From Nemertoderma westbladi (Eukaryota; Animalia; Xenacoelomorpha), in the NCBI GenBank assembly GCA_032718475.1, contig JAUCBJ010007822.1:62001-126000 (forward strand): a stretch of 64,000 nucleotides of DNA, read 5' to 3'. The notes beneath the pieces were generated by a model that saw nothing but the letters and a program-made list of their open reading frames with translations, did not search any database and was not told the DNA's origin. Of this stretch, positions 1-15,000 are shown piece after piece. How positions within the stretch are numbered: the stretch's first letter is position 1; each line of letters opens with the position of its first letter. A program made the position numbers and the translations under genes.

Positions 1-3000
1 TAGGAACGGACAGGTTGGGAGTGTCAGTTAGTTGTGAGTGAAGCCTCATAGATTGGGGTAGGAACAGGTTGGGAGTGTCAGTTAGTTGTGAGTGAAGCCT
101 CATAGATTGGGGTAGGAACGGACAGGTTGGGAGTGTCAGTTAGTTGTGAGTGAAGCCTCATAGATTGGGGTAGGAACGGAGCAGGTTGGGAGTGTCAGTT
201 AGTTGTGAGTGAAGCCTCATAGATTGGGGTAGGAACAGGTTGGGAGTGTCAGTTAGTTGTGAGTGAAGCCTCATAGATTGGGGTAGGAACGGAGCAGGTT
301 GGGAGTGTCAGTTAGTTGTGAGTGAAGCCTCATAGATTGGGGTAGGAACAGGTTGGGAGTGTCAGTTAGTTGTGAGTGAAGCCTCATAGATTGGGGTAGG
401 AACGGAACAGGTTGGGAGTGTCAGTTAGTTGTGAGTGAAGCCTCATAGATTGGGGTGACGGAACAGGTTGGGAGTGTCAGTTAGTTGTGAGTGAAGCCTC
501 ATAGATTGGGGTAGGAACAGGTTGGGAGTGTCAGTTAGTTGTGAGTGAAGCCTCATAGATTGGGGTAGGAACAGGTTGGGAGTGTCAGTTAGTTGTGAGT
601 GAAGCCTCATAGATTGGGGTAGGAACGGACAGGTTGGGAGTGTCAGTTAGTTGTGAGTGAAGCCTCATAGATTGGGGTAGGAACAGGTTGGGAGTGTCAG
701 TTAGTTGTGAGTGAAGCCTCATAGATTGGGGTAGGAACGCAGGTTGGGAGTGTCAGTTAGTTGTGAGTGAAGCCTCATAGATTGCGGTAGGAACAGGTTG
801 GGAGTGTCAGTTAGTTGTGAGTGAAGCCTCATAGATTGCGGTAGGAACGGAACAGGTTGGGAGTGTCAGTTAGTTGTGAGTGAAGCCTCATAGATTGGGG
901 TAGGAACGGACAGGTTGGGAGTGTCAGTTAGTTGTGAGTGAAGCCTCATAGATTGGGGTAGGAACGGAACAGGTTGGGAGTGTCAGTTAGTTGTGAGTGA
1001 AGCCTCATAGATTGCGGTAGGAACGGAACAGGTTGGGAGTGTCAGTTAGTTGTGAGTGAAGCCTCATAGATTGCGGTAGGAACGGAACAGGTTGGGAGTG
1101 TCAGTTAGTTGTGAGTGAAGCCTCATAGATTGCGGTAGGAACGGAACAGGTTGGGAGTGTCAGTTAGTTGTGAGTGAAGCCTCATAGATTGGGGTAGGAA
1201 CAGGTTGGGAGTGTCAGTTAGTTGTGAGTGAAGCCTCATAGATTGGGGTAGGAACGGAACGGTTGGGAGTGTCAGTTAGTTGTGAGTGAAGCCTCATAGA
1301 TTGGGGTAGGAACAGGTTGGGAGTGTCAGTTAGTTGTGAGTGAAGCCTCATAGATTGGGGTAGGAACAGGTTGGGAGTGTCAGTTAGTTGTGAGTGAAGC
1401 CTCATAGATTGCGGTAGGGAACAGGTTGGGAGTGTCAGTTAGTTGTGAGTGAAGCCTCATAGATTGGGGTAGGAACAGGTTGGGAGTGTCAGTTAGTTGT
1501 GAGTGAAGCCTCATAGATTGGGGTAGGAACGGAACGGTTGGGAGTGTCAGTTAGTTGTGAGTGAAGCCTCATAGATTGGGGTAGGAACGGAACAGGTTGG
1601 GAGTGTCAGTTAGTTGTGAGTGAAGCCTCATAGATTGGGGTAGGAACGGAACAGGTTGGGAGTGTCAGTTAGTTGTGAGTGAAGCCTCATAGATTGGGGT
1701 AGGAACAGGTTGGGAGTGTCAGTTAGTTGTGAGTGAAGCCTCATAGATTGGGGTAGGAACAGGTTGGGAGTGTCAGTTAGTTGTGAGTGAAGCCTCATAG
1801 ATTGGGGTAGGAACGGAACAGGTTGGGAGTGTCAGTTAGTTGTGAGTGAAGCCTCATAGATTGCGGTAGGAACGGACAGGTTGGGAGTGTCAGTTAGTTG
1901 TGAGTGAAGCCTCATAGATTGCGGTAGGAACAGGTTGGGAGTGTCAGTTAGTTGTGAGTGAAGCCTCATAGATTGCGGTAGGAACGGAACAGGTTGGGAG
2001 TGTCAGTTAGTTGTGAGTGAAGCCTCATAGATTGCGGTAGGAACGGACAGGTTGGGAGTGTCAGTTAGTTGTGAGTGAAGCCTCATAGATTGCGGTAGGA
2101 ACGGAACAGGTTGGGAGTGTCAGTTAGTTGTGAGTGAAGCCTCATAGATTGGGGTAGGAACAGGTTGGGAGTGTCAGTTAGTTGTGAGTGAAGCCTCATA
2201 GATTGCGGTAGGAACAGGTTGGGAGTGTCAGTTAGTTGTGAGTGAAGCCTCATAGATTGGGGTAGGAACAGGTTGGGAGTGTCAGTTAGTTGTGAGTGAA
2301 GCCTCATAGATTGCGGTAGGAACGGAACAGGTTGGGAGTGTCAGTTAGTTGTGAGTGAAGCCTCATAGATTGGGGTAGGAACAGGTTGGGAGTGTCAGTT
2401 AGTTGTGAGTGAAGTCTCATAGATTGGGGTAGGAACAGGTTGGGAGTGTCAGTTAGTTGTGAGTGAAGCCTCATAGATTGCGGTAGGAACGGAACAGGTT
2501 GGGAGTGTCAGTTAGTTGTGAGTGAAGCCTCATAGATTGCGGTAGGAACGGAACAGGTTGGGAGTGTCAGTTAGTTGTGAGTGAAGCCTCATAGATTGGG
2601 GTAGGAACGGAACAGGTTGGGAGTGTCAGTTAGTTGTGAGTGAAGCCTCATAGATTGGGGTAGGAACGGAACAGGTTGGGAGTGTCAGTTAGTTGTGAGT
2701 GAAGCCTCATAGATTGGGGTAGGAACAGGTTGGGAGTGTCAGTTAGTTGTGAGTGAAGCCTCATAGATTGCGGTAGGAACGGAACAGGTTGGGAGTGTCA
2801 GTTAGTTGTGAGTGAAGCCTCATAGATTGGGTAGGAACGGAACAGGTTGGGAGTGTCAGTTAGTTGTGAGTGAAGCCTCATAGATTGCGGTAGGAACGGA
2901 ACAGGTTGGGAGTGTCAGTTAGTTGTGAGTGAAGCCTCATAGATTGCGGTAGGAACGGAACAGGTTGGGAGTGTCAGTTAGTTGTGAGTGAAGCCTCATA

Positions 3001-6000
3001 GATTGCGGTAGGAACGGAACAGGTTGGGAGTGTCAGTTAGTTGTGAGTGAAGCCTCATAGATTGGGGTAGGAACGGAACAGGTTGGGAGTGTCAGTTAGT
3101 TGTGAGTGAAGCCTCATAGATTGCGGTAGGAACGGAACAGGTTGGGAGTGTCAGTTAGTTGTGAGTGAAGCCTCATAGATTGCGGTAGGAACGGAACAGG
3201 TTGGGAGTGTCAGTTAGTTGTGAGTGAAGCCTCATAGATTGGGGTAGGAACAGGTTGGGAGTGTCAGTTAGTTGTGAGTGAAGCCTCATAGATTGGGGTA
3301 GGAACGGAACAGGTTGGGAGTGTCAGTTAGTTGTGAGTGAAGCCTTATAGATTGCGGTAGGAACGGAACAGGTTGGGAGTGTCAGTTAGTTGTGAGTGAA
3401 GCCTCATAGATTGGGGTAGGAACGGAACAGGTTGGGAGTGTCAGTTAGTTGTGAGTGAAGCCTCATAGATTGGGGTAGGAACAGGTTGGGAGTGTCAGTT
3501 AGTTGTGAGTGAAGCCTCATAGATTGGGGTAGGAACGGAACAGGTTGGGAGTGTCAGTTAGTTGTGAGTGAAGCCTCATAGATTGCGGTAGGAACGGAAC
3601 AGGTTGGGAGTGTCAGTTAGTTGTGAGTGAAGCCTCATAGATTGGGGTAGGAACGGAACAGGTTGGGAGTGTCAGTTAGTTGTGAGTGAAGCCTCATAGA
3701 TTGGGGTAGGAACAGGTTGGGAGTGTCAGTTAGTTGTGAGTGAAGCCTCATAGATTGCGGTAGGAACGGAACAGGTTGGGAGTGTCAGTTAGTTGTGAGT
3801 GAAGCCTCATAGATTGGGGTAGGAACGGAACAGGTTGGGAGTGTCAGTTAGTTGTGAGTGAAGCCTCATAGATTGCGGTAGGAACGGAACAGGTTGGGAG
3901 TGTCAGTTAGTTGTGAGTGAAGCCTCATAGATTGCGGTAGGAACGGAACAGGTTGGGAGTGTCAGTTAGTTGTGAGTGAAGCCTCATAGATTGCGGTAGG
4001 AACGGAACAGGTTGGGAGTGTCAGTTAGTTGTGAGTGAAGTCTCATAGATTGGGTAGGAACGGAACAGGTTGGGAGTGTCAGTTAGTTGTGAGTGAAGCC
4101 TCATAGATTGCGGTAGGAACGGAACAGGTTGGGAGTGTCAGTTAGTTGTGAGTGAAGCCTCATAGATTGCGGTAGGAACGGAACAGGTTGGGAGTGTCAG
4201 TTAGTTGTGAGTGAAGCCTCATAGATTGCGGTAGGAACGGAACAGGTTGGGAGTGTCAGTTAGTTGTGAGTGAAGTCTCATAGATTGGGGTAGGAACGGA
4301 ACAGGTTGGGAGTGTCAGTTAGTTGTGAGTGAAGCCTCATAGATTGCGGTAGGAACGGAACAGGTTGGGAGTGTCAGTTAGTTGTGAGTGAAGCCTCATA
4401 GATTGCGGTAGGAACGGAACAGGTTGGGAGTGTCAGTTAGTTGTGAGTGAAGCCTCATAGATTGGGGTAGGAACAGGTTGGGAGTGTCAGTTAGTTGTGA
4501 GTGAAGCCTCATAGATTGGGGTAGGAACGGAACAGGTTGGGAGTGTCAGTTAGTTGTGAGTGAAGCCTTATAGATTGCGGTAGGAACGGAACAGGTTGGG
4601 AGTGTCAGTTAGTTGTGAGTGAAGCCTCATAGATTGGGGTAGGAACGGAACAGGTTGGGAGTGTCAGTTAGTTGTGAGTGAAGCCTCATAGATTGGGGTA
4701 GGAACAGGTTGGGAGTGTCAGTTAGTTGTGAGTGAAGCCTCATAGATTGCGGTAGGAACGGAACAGGTTGGGAGTGTCAGTTAGTTGTGAGTGAAGCCTT
4801 ATAGATTGCGGTAGGAACGGAACAGGTTGGGAGTGTCAGTTAGTTGTGAGTGAAGCCTCATAGATTGGGGTAGGAACGGAACAGGTTGGGAGTGTCAGTT
4901 AGTTGTGAGTGAAGCCTCATAAATTGGGGTAGGAACAGGTTGGGAGTGTCAGTTAGTTGTGAGTGAAGCCTCATAGATTGCGGTAGGAACGGAACAGGTT
5001 GGGAGTGTCAGTTAGTTGTGAGTGAAGTCTCATAGATTGGTGTAGGAACGGAACAGGTTGGGAGTGCCAGTTAGTTGTGAGTGAAGCCTCATAGATTGGT
5101 GTAGGAACGGAACAGCTTGGGAGTGTCAGTTAGTTGTGAGTGAAGCCTCATAGATTGGGGTAGGAACGGAACAGGTTGGGAGTGTCAGTTAGTTGTGAGT
5201 GAAGCCTCATAGATTGGGGTAGGAACAGGTTGGGAGTGTCAGTTAGTTGTGAGTGAAGCCTCATAGATTGCGGTAGGAACGGAACAGGTTGGGAGTGTCA
5301 GTTAGTTGTGAGTGAAGCCTCATAGATTGCGGTAGGAACGGAACTGGTTGGGAGTGTCAGTTAGTTGTGAGTGAAGCCTCATAGATTGGGGTAGGAACAG
5401 GTTGGGAGTGTCAGTTAGTTGTGAGTGAAGTCTCATAGATTGGGGTAGGAACGGAACAGGTTGGGAGTGTCAGTTAGTTGTGAGTGAAGCCTCATAGATT
5501 GGGGTAGGAACGGAACAGGTTGGGAGTGTCAGTTAGTTGTGAGTGAAGCCTCATAGATTGGGATAGGAACAGGTTGGGAGTGTCAGTTAGTTGTGAGTGA
5601 AGTCTCATAGATTGGGGTAGGAACGGAACAGGTTGGGAGTGTCAGTTAGTTGTGAGTGAAGCCTCATAGATTGGGATAGGAACAGGTTGGGAGTGTCAGT
5701 TAGTTGTGAGTGAAGCCTCATAGATTGGGGTAGGAACAGGTTGGGAGTGTCAGTTAGTTGTGAGTGAAGCCTCATAGATTGGGATAGGAACAGGTTGGGA
5801 GTGTCAGTTAGTTGTGAGTGAAGCCTCATAGATTGGGGTAGGAACAGGTTGGGAGTGTCAGTTAGTTGTGAGTGAAGCCTCATAGATTGGGGTAGGAACG
5901 GAACAGGTTGGGAATGTCAGTTAGTTGTGAGTGAAGCCTCATAGATTGGGGTAGGAACAGGTTGGGAGTGTCAGTTAGTTGTGAGTGAAGCCTCATAGAT

Positions 6001-9000
6001 TGGGGTAGGAACAGGTTGGGAGTGTCAGTTAGTTGTGAGTGAAGCCTCATAGATTGGGGTAGGAACGGAACAGGTTGGGAGTGTCAGTTAGTTGTGAGTG
6101 AAGTCTCATAGATTGGGGTAGGAACAGGTTGGGAGTGTCAGTTAGTTGTGAGTGAAGCCTTATAGATTGCGGTAGGAACGGAACAGGTTGGGAGTGTCAG
6201 TTAGTTGTGAGTGAAGCCTCATAGATTGGGGTAGGAACGGAACAGGTTGGGAGTGTCAGTTAGTTGTGAGTGAAGCCTTATAGATTGCGGTAGGAACAGG
6301 TTGGGAGTGTCAGTTAGTTGTGAGTGAAGCCTCATAGATTGCGGTAGGAACGGAACAGGTTGGGAGTGTCAGTTAGTTGTGAGTGAAGCCTCATAGATTG
6401 GGGTAGGAACGGAACAGGTTGGGAGTGTCAGTTAGTTGTGAGTGAAGCCTCATAGATTGGGGTAGGAACGGAACAGGTTGGGAGTGTCAGTTAGTTGTGA
6501 GTGAAGCCTCATAGATTGCGGTAGGAACGGAACAGGTTGGGAGTGTCAGTTAGTTGTGAGTGAAGCCTTATAGATTGCGGTAGGAACTGGTTGGGAGTGT
6601 CAGTTAGTTGTGAGTGAAGCCTCATAGATTGCGGTAGGAACGGAACAGGTTGGGAGTGTCAGTTAGTTGTGAGTGAAGCCTCATAGATTGGGGTAGGAAC
6701 AGGTTGGGAGTGTCAGTTAGTTGTGAGTGAAGCCTCATAGATTGCGGTAGGAACGGAACAGGTTGGGAGTGTCAGTTAGTTGTGAGTGAAGCCTTATAGA
6801 TTGCGGTAGGAACAGGTTGGGAGTGTCAGTTAGTTGTGAGTGAAGCCTCATAGATTGGGGTAGGAACAGGTTGGGAGTGTCAGTTAGTTGTGAGTGAAGC
6901 CTCATAGATTGGGGTAGGAACAGGTTGGGAGTGTCAGTTAGTTGTGAGTGAAGCCTCATAGATTGCGGTAGGAACAGGTTGGGAGTGTCAGTTAGTTGTG
7001 AGTGAAGCCTCATAGATTGGGGTAGGAACGGAACAGGTTGGGAGTGTCAGTTAGTTGTGAGTGAAGTCTCATAGATTGGGGTAGGAACAGGTTGGGAGTG
7101 TCAGTTAGTTGTGAGTGAAGCCTCATAGATTGGGGTAGGAACAGGTTGGGAGTGTCAGTTAGTTGTGAGTGAAGTCTCATAGATTGGGGTAGGAACAGGT
7201 TGGGAGTGTCAGTTAGTTGTGAGTGAAGCCTCATAGATTGCGGTAGGAACGGAACAGGTTGGGAGTGTCAGTTAGTTGTGAGTGAAGCCTCATAGATTGG
7301 GGTAGGAACGGAACAGGTTGGGAGGGTCAGTTAGTTGTGAGTGAAGCCTCATAGATTGGTGTATGAACGGAACAGGTTGGGAGTGTCAGTTAGTTGTGAG
7401 TGAAGCCTCATAGATTGGGGTAGGAACAGGTTGGGAGTGTCAGTTAGTTGTGAGTGAAGCCTCATAGATTGGGGTAGGAACGGAACAGGTTGGGAGTGTC
7501 AGTTAGTTGTGAGTGAAGCCTCATAGATTGGTGTATGAACGGAACAGGTTGGGAGTGTCAGTTAGTTGTGAGTGAAGCCTCATAGATTGGGGTAGGAACG
7601 GAACAGGTTGGGAGTGTCAGTTAGTTGTGAGTGAAGCCTCATAGATTGGGGTAGGAACGGAACAGGTTGGGAGTGTCAGTTAGTTGTGAGTGAAGCCTCA
7701 TATATTGGGGTAGGAACGGAACTGGTTGGGAGTGTCAGTTAGTTGTGAGTGAAGCCTCATAGATTGATGTAGGAACGGAACAGGTTGGGAGGGTCAGTTA
7801 GTTGTGAGTGAAGCCTCATAGATTGGTGTATGAACGGAACAGGTTGGGAGTGTCAGTTAGTTGTGAGTGAAGCCTCATAGATTGGGGTAGGAACAGGTTG
7901 GGAGTGTCAGTTAGTTGTGAGTGAAGCCTCATAGATTGGGGTAGGAACGGAACAGGTTGGGAGTGTCAGTTAGTTGTGAGTGAAGCCTCATAGATTGGGG
8001 TAGGAACGGAACAGGTTGGGAGTGTCAGTTAGTTGTGAGTGAAGCCTCATAGATTGCGGTAGGAACGGAACAGGTTGGGAGTGTCAGTTAGTTGTGAGTG
8101 AAGCCTCATAGATTGGGGTAGGAACGGAACAGGTTGGGAGTGTCAGTTAGTTGTGAGTGAAGCCTCATAGATTGCGGTAGGAACGGAACAGGTTGGGAGT
8201 GTCAGTTAGTTGTGAGTGAAGCCTCATAGATTTGGGTAGGAACGGAACAGGTTGGGAGTGTCAGTTAGTTGTGAGTGAAGCCTCATAGATTGGGGTAGGA
8301 ACGGAACAGGTTGGGAGTGTCAGTTAGTTGTGAGTGAAGCCTCATAGATTGGGGTAGGAACAGGTTGGGAGTGTCAGTTAGTTGTGAGTGAAGCCTCATA
8401 GATTGGGGTAGGAACAGGTTGGGAGTGTCAGTTAGTTGTGAGTGAAGCCTCATAGATTGGGGTAGGAACGGAACAGGTTGGGAGTGTCAGTTAGTTGTGA
8501 GTGAAGCCTCATAGATTGGGGTAGGAACGGAACAGGTTGGGAGTGTCAGTTAGTTGTGAGTGAAGCCTCATAGATTGGGGTAGGAACGGAACAGGTTGGG
8601 AGTGTCAGTTAGTTGTGAGTGAAGCCTCATAGATTGGGGTAGGAACCGAACAGGTTGGGAGTGTCAGTTAGTTGTGAGTGAAGCCTCATAGATTGGAGTA
8701 GGAACGGAACAGGTTGGGAGTGTCAGTTAGTTGTGAGTGAAGCCTCATAGATTGGGGTAGGAACGGAACAGGTTGGGAGTGTCAGTTAGTTGTGAGTGAA
8801 GCCTCATAGATTGGAGTAGGAACGGAACAGGTTGGGAGTGTCAGTTAGTTGTGAGTGAAGCCTCATAGATTGCGGTAGGAACAGGTTGGGAGTGTCAGTT
8901 AGTTGTGAGTGAAGCCTCATAGATTGGGGTAGGAACGGAACAGGTTGGGAGTGTCAGTTAGTTGTGAGTGAAGCCTCATAGATTGCGGTAGGAACAGGTT

Positions 9001-12000
9001 GGGAGTGTCAGTTAGTTGTGAGTGAAGCCTCATAGATTGGGGTAGGAACAGGTTGGGAGTGTCAGTTAGTTGTGAGTGAAGTCTCATAGATTGCGGTAGG
9101 AACGGAACAGGTTGGGAGTGTCAGTTAGTTGTGAGTGAAGCCTCATAGATTGGGGTAGGAACGGAACAGGTTGGGAGTGTCAGTTAGTTGTGAGTGAAGT
9201 CTCATAGATTGCGGTAGGAACAGGTTGGGAGTGTCAGTTAGTTGTGAGTGAAGTCTCATAGATTGCGGTAGGAACGGAACAGGTTGGGAGTGTCAGTTAG
9301 TTGTGAGTGAAGCCTCATAGATTGGGGTAGGAACGGAACAGGTTGGGAGTGTCAGTTAGTTGTGAGTGAAGTCTCATAGATTGCGGTAGGAACAGGTTGG
9401 GAGTGTCAGTTAGTTGTGAGTGAAGTCTCATAGATTGGGGTAGGAACGGAACAGGTTGGGAGTGTCAGTTAGTTGTGAGTGAAGTCTCATAGATTGCGGT
9501 AGGAACAGGTTGGGAGTGTCAGTTAGTTGTGAGTGAAGTCTCATAGATTGCGGTAGGAACGGAACAGGTTGGGAGTGTCAGTTAGTTGTGAGTGAAGCCT
9601 CATAGATTGGGGTAGGAACAGGTTGGGAGTGTCAGTTAGTTGTGAGTGAAGCCTCATAGATTGGGGTAGGAACGGAACAGGTTGGGAGTGTCAGTTAGTT
9701 GTGAGTGAAGCCTCATAGATTGCGGTAGGAACGGAACAGGTTGGGAGTGTCAGTTAGTTGTGAGTGAAGCCTCATAGATTGGGGTAGGAACAGGTTGGGA
9801 GTGTCAGTTAGTTGTGAGTGAAGTCTCATAGATTGCGGTAGGAACAGGTTGGGAGTGTCAGTTAGTTGTGAGTGAAGTCTCATAGATTGGGGTAGGAACG
9901 GAACAGGTTGGGAGTGTCAGTTAGTTGTGAGTGAAGCCTCATAGATTGGGGTAGGAACAGGTTGGGAGTGTCAGTTAGTTGTGAGTGAAGTCTCATAGAT
10001 TGCGGTAGGAACAGGTTGGGAGTGTCAGTTAGTTGTGAGTGAAGTCTCATAGATTGGGGTAGGAACGGAACAGGTTGGGAGTGTCAGTTAGTTGTGAGTG
10101 AAGTCTCATAGATTGCGGTAGGAACGGAACAGGTTGGGAGTGTCAGTTAGTTGTGAGTGAAGTCTCATAGATTGCGGTAGGAACAGGTTGGGAGTGTCAG
10201 TTAGTTGTGAGTGAAGCCTCATAGATTGGGGTAGGAACGGAACTGGTTGGGAGTGTCAGTTAGTTGTGAGTGAAGCCTCATAGATTGGGGTAGGAACGGA
10301 ACAGGTTGGGAGTGTCAGTTAGTTGTGAGTGAAGCCTCATAGATTGCGGTAGGAACAGGTTGGGAGTGTCAGTTAGTTGTGAGTGAAGCCTCATAGATTG
10401 GGGTAGGAACGGAACAGGTTGGGAGTGTCAGTTAGTTGTGAGTGAAGCCTCATAGATTGGGGTAGGAACGGAACAGGTTGGGAGTGTCAGTTAGTTGTGA
10501 GTGAAGCCTCATAGATTGCGGTAGGAACAGGTTGGGAGTGTCAGTTAGTTGTGAGTGAAGTCTCATAGATTGGGGTAGGAACGGAACAGGTTGGGAGTGT
10601 CAGTTAGTTGTGAGTGAAGCCTCATAGATTGGGGTAGGAACGGAACAGGTTGGGAGTGTCAGTTAGTTGTGAGTGAAGCCTCATAGATTGGGGTAGGAAC
10701 AGGTTGGGAGTGTCAGTTAGTTGTGAGTGAAGCCTCATAGATTGCGGTAGGAACGGAACAGGTTGGGAGTGTCAGTTAGTTGTGAGTGAAGCCTCATAGA
10801 TTGGGGTAGGAACAGGTTGGGAGTGTCAGTTAGTTGTGAGTGAAGCCTCATAGATTGGGGTAGGAACGGAACAGGTTGGGAGAGTCAGTTAGTTGTGAGT
10901 GAAGCCTCATAGATTGGGGTAGGAACAGGTTGGGAGTGTCAGTTAGTTGTGAGTGAAGCCTCATAGATTGCGGTAGGAACAGGTTGGGAGTGTCAGTTAG
11001 TTGTGAGTGAAGCCTCATAGATTGCGGTAGGAACAGAACAGGTTGGGAGTGTCAGTTAGTTGTGAGTGAAGCCTCATAGATTGCGGTAGGAACAGGTTGG
11101 GAGTGTCAGTTAGTTGTGAGTGAAGCCTCATAGATTGGGGTAGGAACAGGTTGGGAGTGTCAGTTAGTTGTGAGTGAAGCCTCATAGATTGCGGTAGGAA
11201 CAGGTTGGGAGTGTCAGTTAGTTGTGAGTGAAGCCTCATAGATTGCGGTAGGAACAGAACAGGTTGGGAGTGTCAGTTAGTTGTGAGTGAAGCCTCATAG
11301 ATTGCGGTAGGAACGGAACAGGTTGGGAGTGTCAGTTAGTTGTGAGTGAAGCCTCATAGATTGGGGTAGGAACGGAACAGGTTGGGAGTGTCAGTTAGTT
11401 GTGAGTGAAGCCTCATAGATTGCGGTAGGAACAGGTTGGGAGTGTCAGTTAGTTGTGAGTGAAGCCTCATAGATTGTGGTAGGAACAGGTTGGGAGTGTC
11501 AGTTAGTTGTGAGTGAAGCCTCATAGATTGCGGTAGGAACAGGTTGGGAGTGTCAGTTAGTTGTGAGTGAAGCCTCATAGATTGTGGTAGGAACGGAACA
11601 GGTTGGGAGTGTCAGTTAGTTGTGAGTGAAGCCTCATAGATTGCGGTAGGAACAGGTTGGGAGTGTCAGTTAGTTGTGAGTGAAGCCTCATAGATTGCGG
11701 TAGGAACAGGTTGGGAGTGTCAGTTAGTTGTGAGTGAAGCCTCATAGATTGTGGTAGGAACGGAACAGGTTGGGAGTGTCAGTTAGTTGTGAGTGAAGCC
11801 TCATAGATTGGGGTAGGAACGGAACAGGTTGGGAGTGTCAGTTAGTTGTGAGTGAAGTCTCATAGATTGGGGTAGGAACGGAACAGGTTGGGAGTGTCAG
11901 TTAGTTGTGAGTGAAGTCTCATAGATTGGGGTAGGAACGGAACAGGTTGGGAGTGTCAGTTAGTTGTGAGTGAAGCCTCATAGATTGGGGTAGGAACGGA

Positions 12001-15000
12001 ACAGGTTGGGAGTGTCAGTTAGTTGTGAGTGAAGTCTCATAGATTGGGGTAGGAACGGAACAGGTTGGGAGTGTCAGTTAGTTGTGAGTGAAGCCTCATA
12101 GATTGCGGTAGGAACGGAACAGGTTGGGAGTGTCAGTTAGTTGTGAGTGAAGCCTCATAGATTGGGGTAGGAACGGAACAGGTTGGGAGTGTCAGTTAGT
12201 TGTGAGTGAAGTCTCATAGATTGGGGTAGGAACGGAACAGGTTGGGAGTGTCAGTTAGTTGTGAGTGAAGTCTCATAGATTGGGGTAGGAACAGGTTGGG
12301 AGTGTCAGTTAGTTGTGAGTGAAGCCTCATAGATTGGGGTAGGAACGGAACAGGTTGGGAGTGTCAGTTAGTTGTGAGTGAAGCCTCATAGATTGCGGTA
12401 GGAACGGAACAGGTTGGGAGTGTCAGTTAGTTGTGAGTGAAGCCTCATAGATTGGGGTAGGAACAGGTTGGGAGTGTCAGTTAGTTGTGAGTGAAGCCTC
12501 ATAGATTGCGGTAGGAACAGGTTGGGAGTGTCAGTTAGTTGTGAGTGAAGCCTCATAGATTGCGGTAGGAACGGAACAGGTTGGGAGTGTCAGTTAGTTG
12601 TGAGTGAAGTCTCATATATTGGGGTAGGAACAGGTTGGGAGTGTCAGTTAGTTGTGAGTGAAGCCTCATAGATTGTGGTAGGAACGGAACTGGTTGGGAG
12701 TGTCAGTTAGTTGTGAGTGAAGCCTCATAGATTGGTGTAGGAACGGAACAGGTTGGGAGTGTCAGTTAGTTGTGAGTGAAGCCTCATAGATTGGGGTAGG
12801 AACGGAACAGGTTGGGAGTGTCAGTTAGTTGTGAGTGAAGCCTCATAGATTGTGGTAGGAACGGAACTGGTTGGGAGTGTCAGTTAGTTGTGAGTGAAGC
12901 CTCATAGATTGGTGTAGGAACGGAACAGGTTGGGAGGGTCAGTTAGTTGTGAGTGAAGTCTCATAGATTGGGGTAGGAACAGGTTGGGAGTGTCAGTTAG
13001 TTGTGAGTGAAGCCTCATAGATTGGGGTAGGAACAGGTTGGGAGTGTCAGTTAGTTGTGAGTGAAGCCTCATAGATTGGGGTAGGAACGGAACAGGTTGG
13101 GAGTGTCAGTTAGTTGTGAGTGAAGTCTCATAGATTGGGGTTGGAACAGGTTGGGAGTGTCAGTTAGTTGTGAGTGAAGCCTCATAGATTGGGGTAGGAA
13201 CGGAACAGGTTGGGAGTGTCAGTTAGTTGTGAGTGAAGCCTCATAGATTGTGGTAGGAACGGAACTGGTTGGGAGTGTCAGTTAGTTGTGAGTGAAGCCT
13301 CATAGATTGGTGTAGGAACGGAACAGGTTGGGAGGGTCAGTTAGTTGTGAGTGAAGTCTCATAGATTGGGGTAGGAACAGGTTGGGAGTGTCAGTTAGTT
13401 GTGAGTGAAGCCTCATAGATTGGGGTAGGAACAGGTTGGGAGTGTCAGTTAGTTGTGAGTGAAGTCTCATAGATTGGGGTTGGAACAGGTTGGGAGTGTC
13501 AGTTAGTTGTGAGTGAAGCCTCATAGATTGGGGTAGGAACGGAACAGGTTGGGAGTGTCAGTTAGTTGTGAGTGAAGTCTCATAGATTGGGGTAGGAACA
13601 GGTTGGGAGTGTCAGTTAGTTGTGAGTGAAGCCTCATAGATTGCGGTAGGAACGGAACAGGTTGGGAGTGTCAGTTAGTTGTGAGTGAAGCCTCATAGAT
13701 TGGGGTAGGAACAGGTTGGGAGTGTCAGTTAGTTGTGAGTGAAGCCTCATAGATTGGGGTAGGAACAGGTTGGGAGTGTCAGTTAGTTGTGAGTGAAGCC
13801 TCATAGATTGCGGTAGGAACGGAACAGGTTGGGAGTGTCAGTTAGTTGTGAGTGAAGCCTCATAGATTGCGGTAGGAACAGGTTGGGAGTGTCAGTTAGT
13901 TGTGAGTGAAGCCTCATAGATTGGGGTAGGAACGGAACAGGTTGGGAGTGTCAGTTAGTTGTGAGTGAAGCCTCATAGATTGGGGTAGGAACAGGTTGGG
14001 AGTGTCAGTTAGTTGTGAGTGAAGTCTCATAGATTGGGGTAGGAACAGGTTGGGAGTGTCAGTTAGTTGTGAGTGAAGCCTCATAGATTGCGGTAGGAAC
14101 AGGTTGGGAGTGTCAGTTAGTTGTGAGTGAAGTCTCATAGATTGGGGTAGGAACAGGTTGGGAGTGTCAGTTAGTTGTGAGTGAAGCCTCATAGATTCGG
14201 GTAGGAACAGGTTGGGAGTGTCAGTTAGTTGTGAGTGAAGCCTCATAGATTGGGGTAGGAACAGGTTGGGAGTGTCAGTTAGTTGTGAGTGAAGTCTCAT
14301 AGATTGGGGTAGGAACAGGTTGGGAGTGTCAGTTAGTTGTGAGTGAAGCCTCATAGATTCGGGTAGGAACAGGTTGGGAGTGTCAGTTAGTTGTGAGTGA
14401 AGCCTCATAGATTGGGGTAGGAACAGGTTGGGAGTGTCAGTTAGTTGTGAGTGAAGCCTCATAGATTGGGGTAGGAACAGGTTGGGAGTGTCAGTTAGTT
14501 GTGAGTGAAGCCTCATAGATTGGGGTAGGAACAGGTTGGGAGTGTCAGTTAGTTGTGAGTGAAGTCTCATAGATTGGGGTAGGAACAGGTTGGGAGTGTC
14601 AGTTAGTTGTGAGTGAAGTCTCATAGATTGGGGTAGGAACAGGTTGGGAGTGTCAGTTAGTTGTGAGTGAAGCCTCATAGATTCGGGTAGGAACAGGTTG
14701 GGAGTGTCAGTTAGTTGTGAGTGAAGCCTCATAGATTGCGGTAGGAACAGGTTGGGAGTGTCAGTTAGTTGTGAGTGAAGTCTCATAGATTGGGGTAGGA
14801 ACAGGTTGGGAGTGTCAGTTAGTTGTGAGTGAAGCCTCATAGATTCGGGTAGGAACAGGTTGGGAGTGTCAGTTAGTTGTGAGTGAAGCCTCATAGATTC
14901 GGGTAGGAACAGGTTGGGAGTGTCAGTTAGTTGTGAGTGAAGCCTCATAGATTCGGGTAGGAACAGGTTGGGAGTGTCAGTTAGTTGTGAGTGAAGCCTC

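Noticed and set aside
1-2100. Odd one-off monomers (GGAACGGACAGG, GGGGTGACGGAAC, GGAACGCAGG; similar at ~28.5-29.3 kb and ~40-45.7 kb)
   Set aside because: They are intermediates between the 54- and 59-bp forms at the indel site and are probably consensus errors from mixed reads, a sign that parts of the array may be imperfectly assembled.
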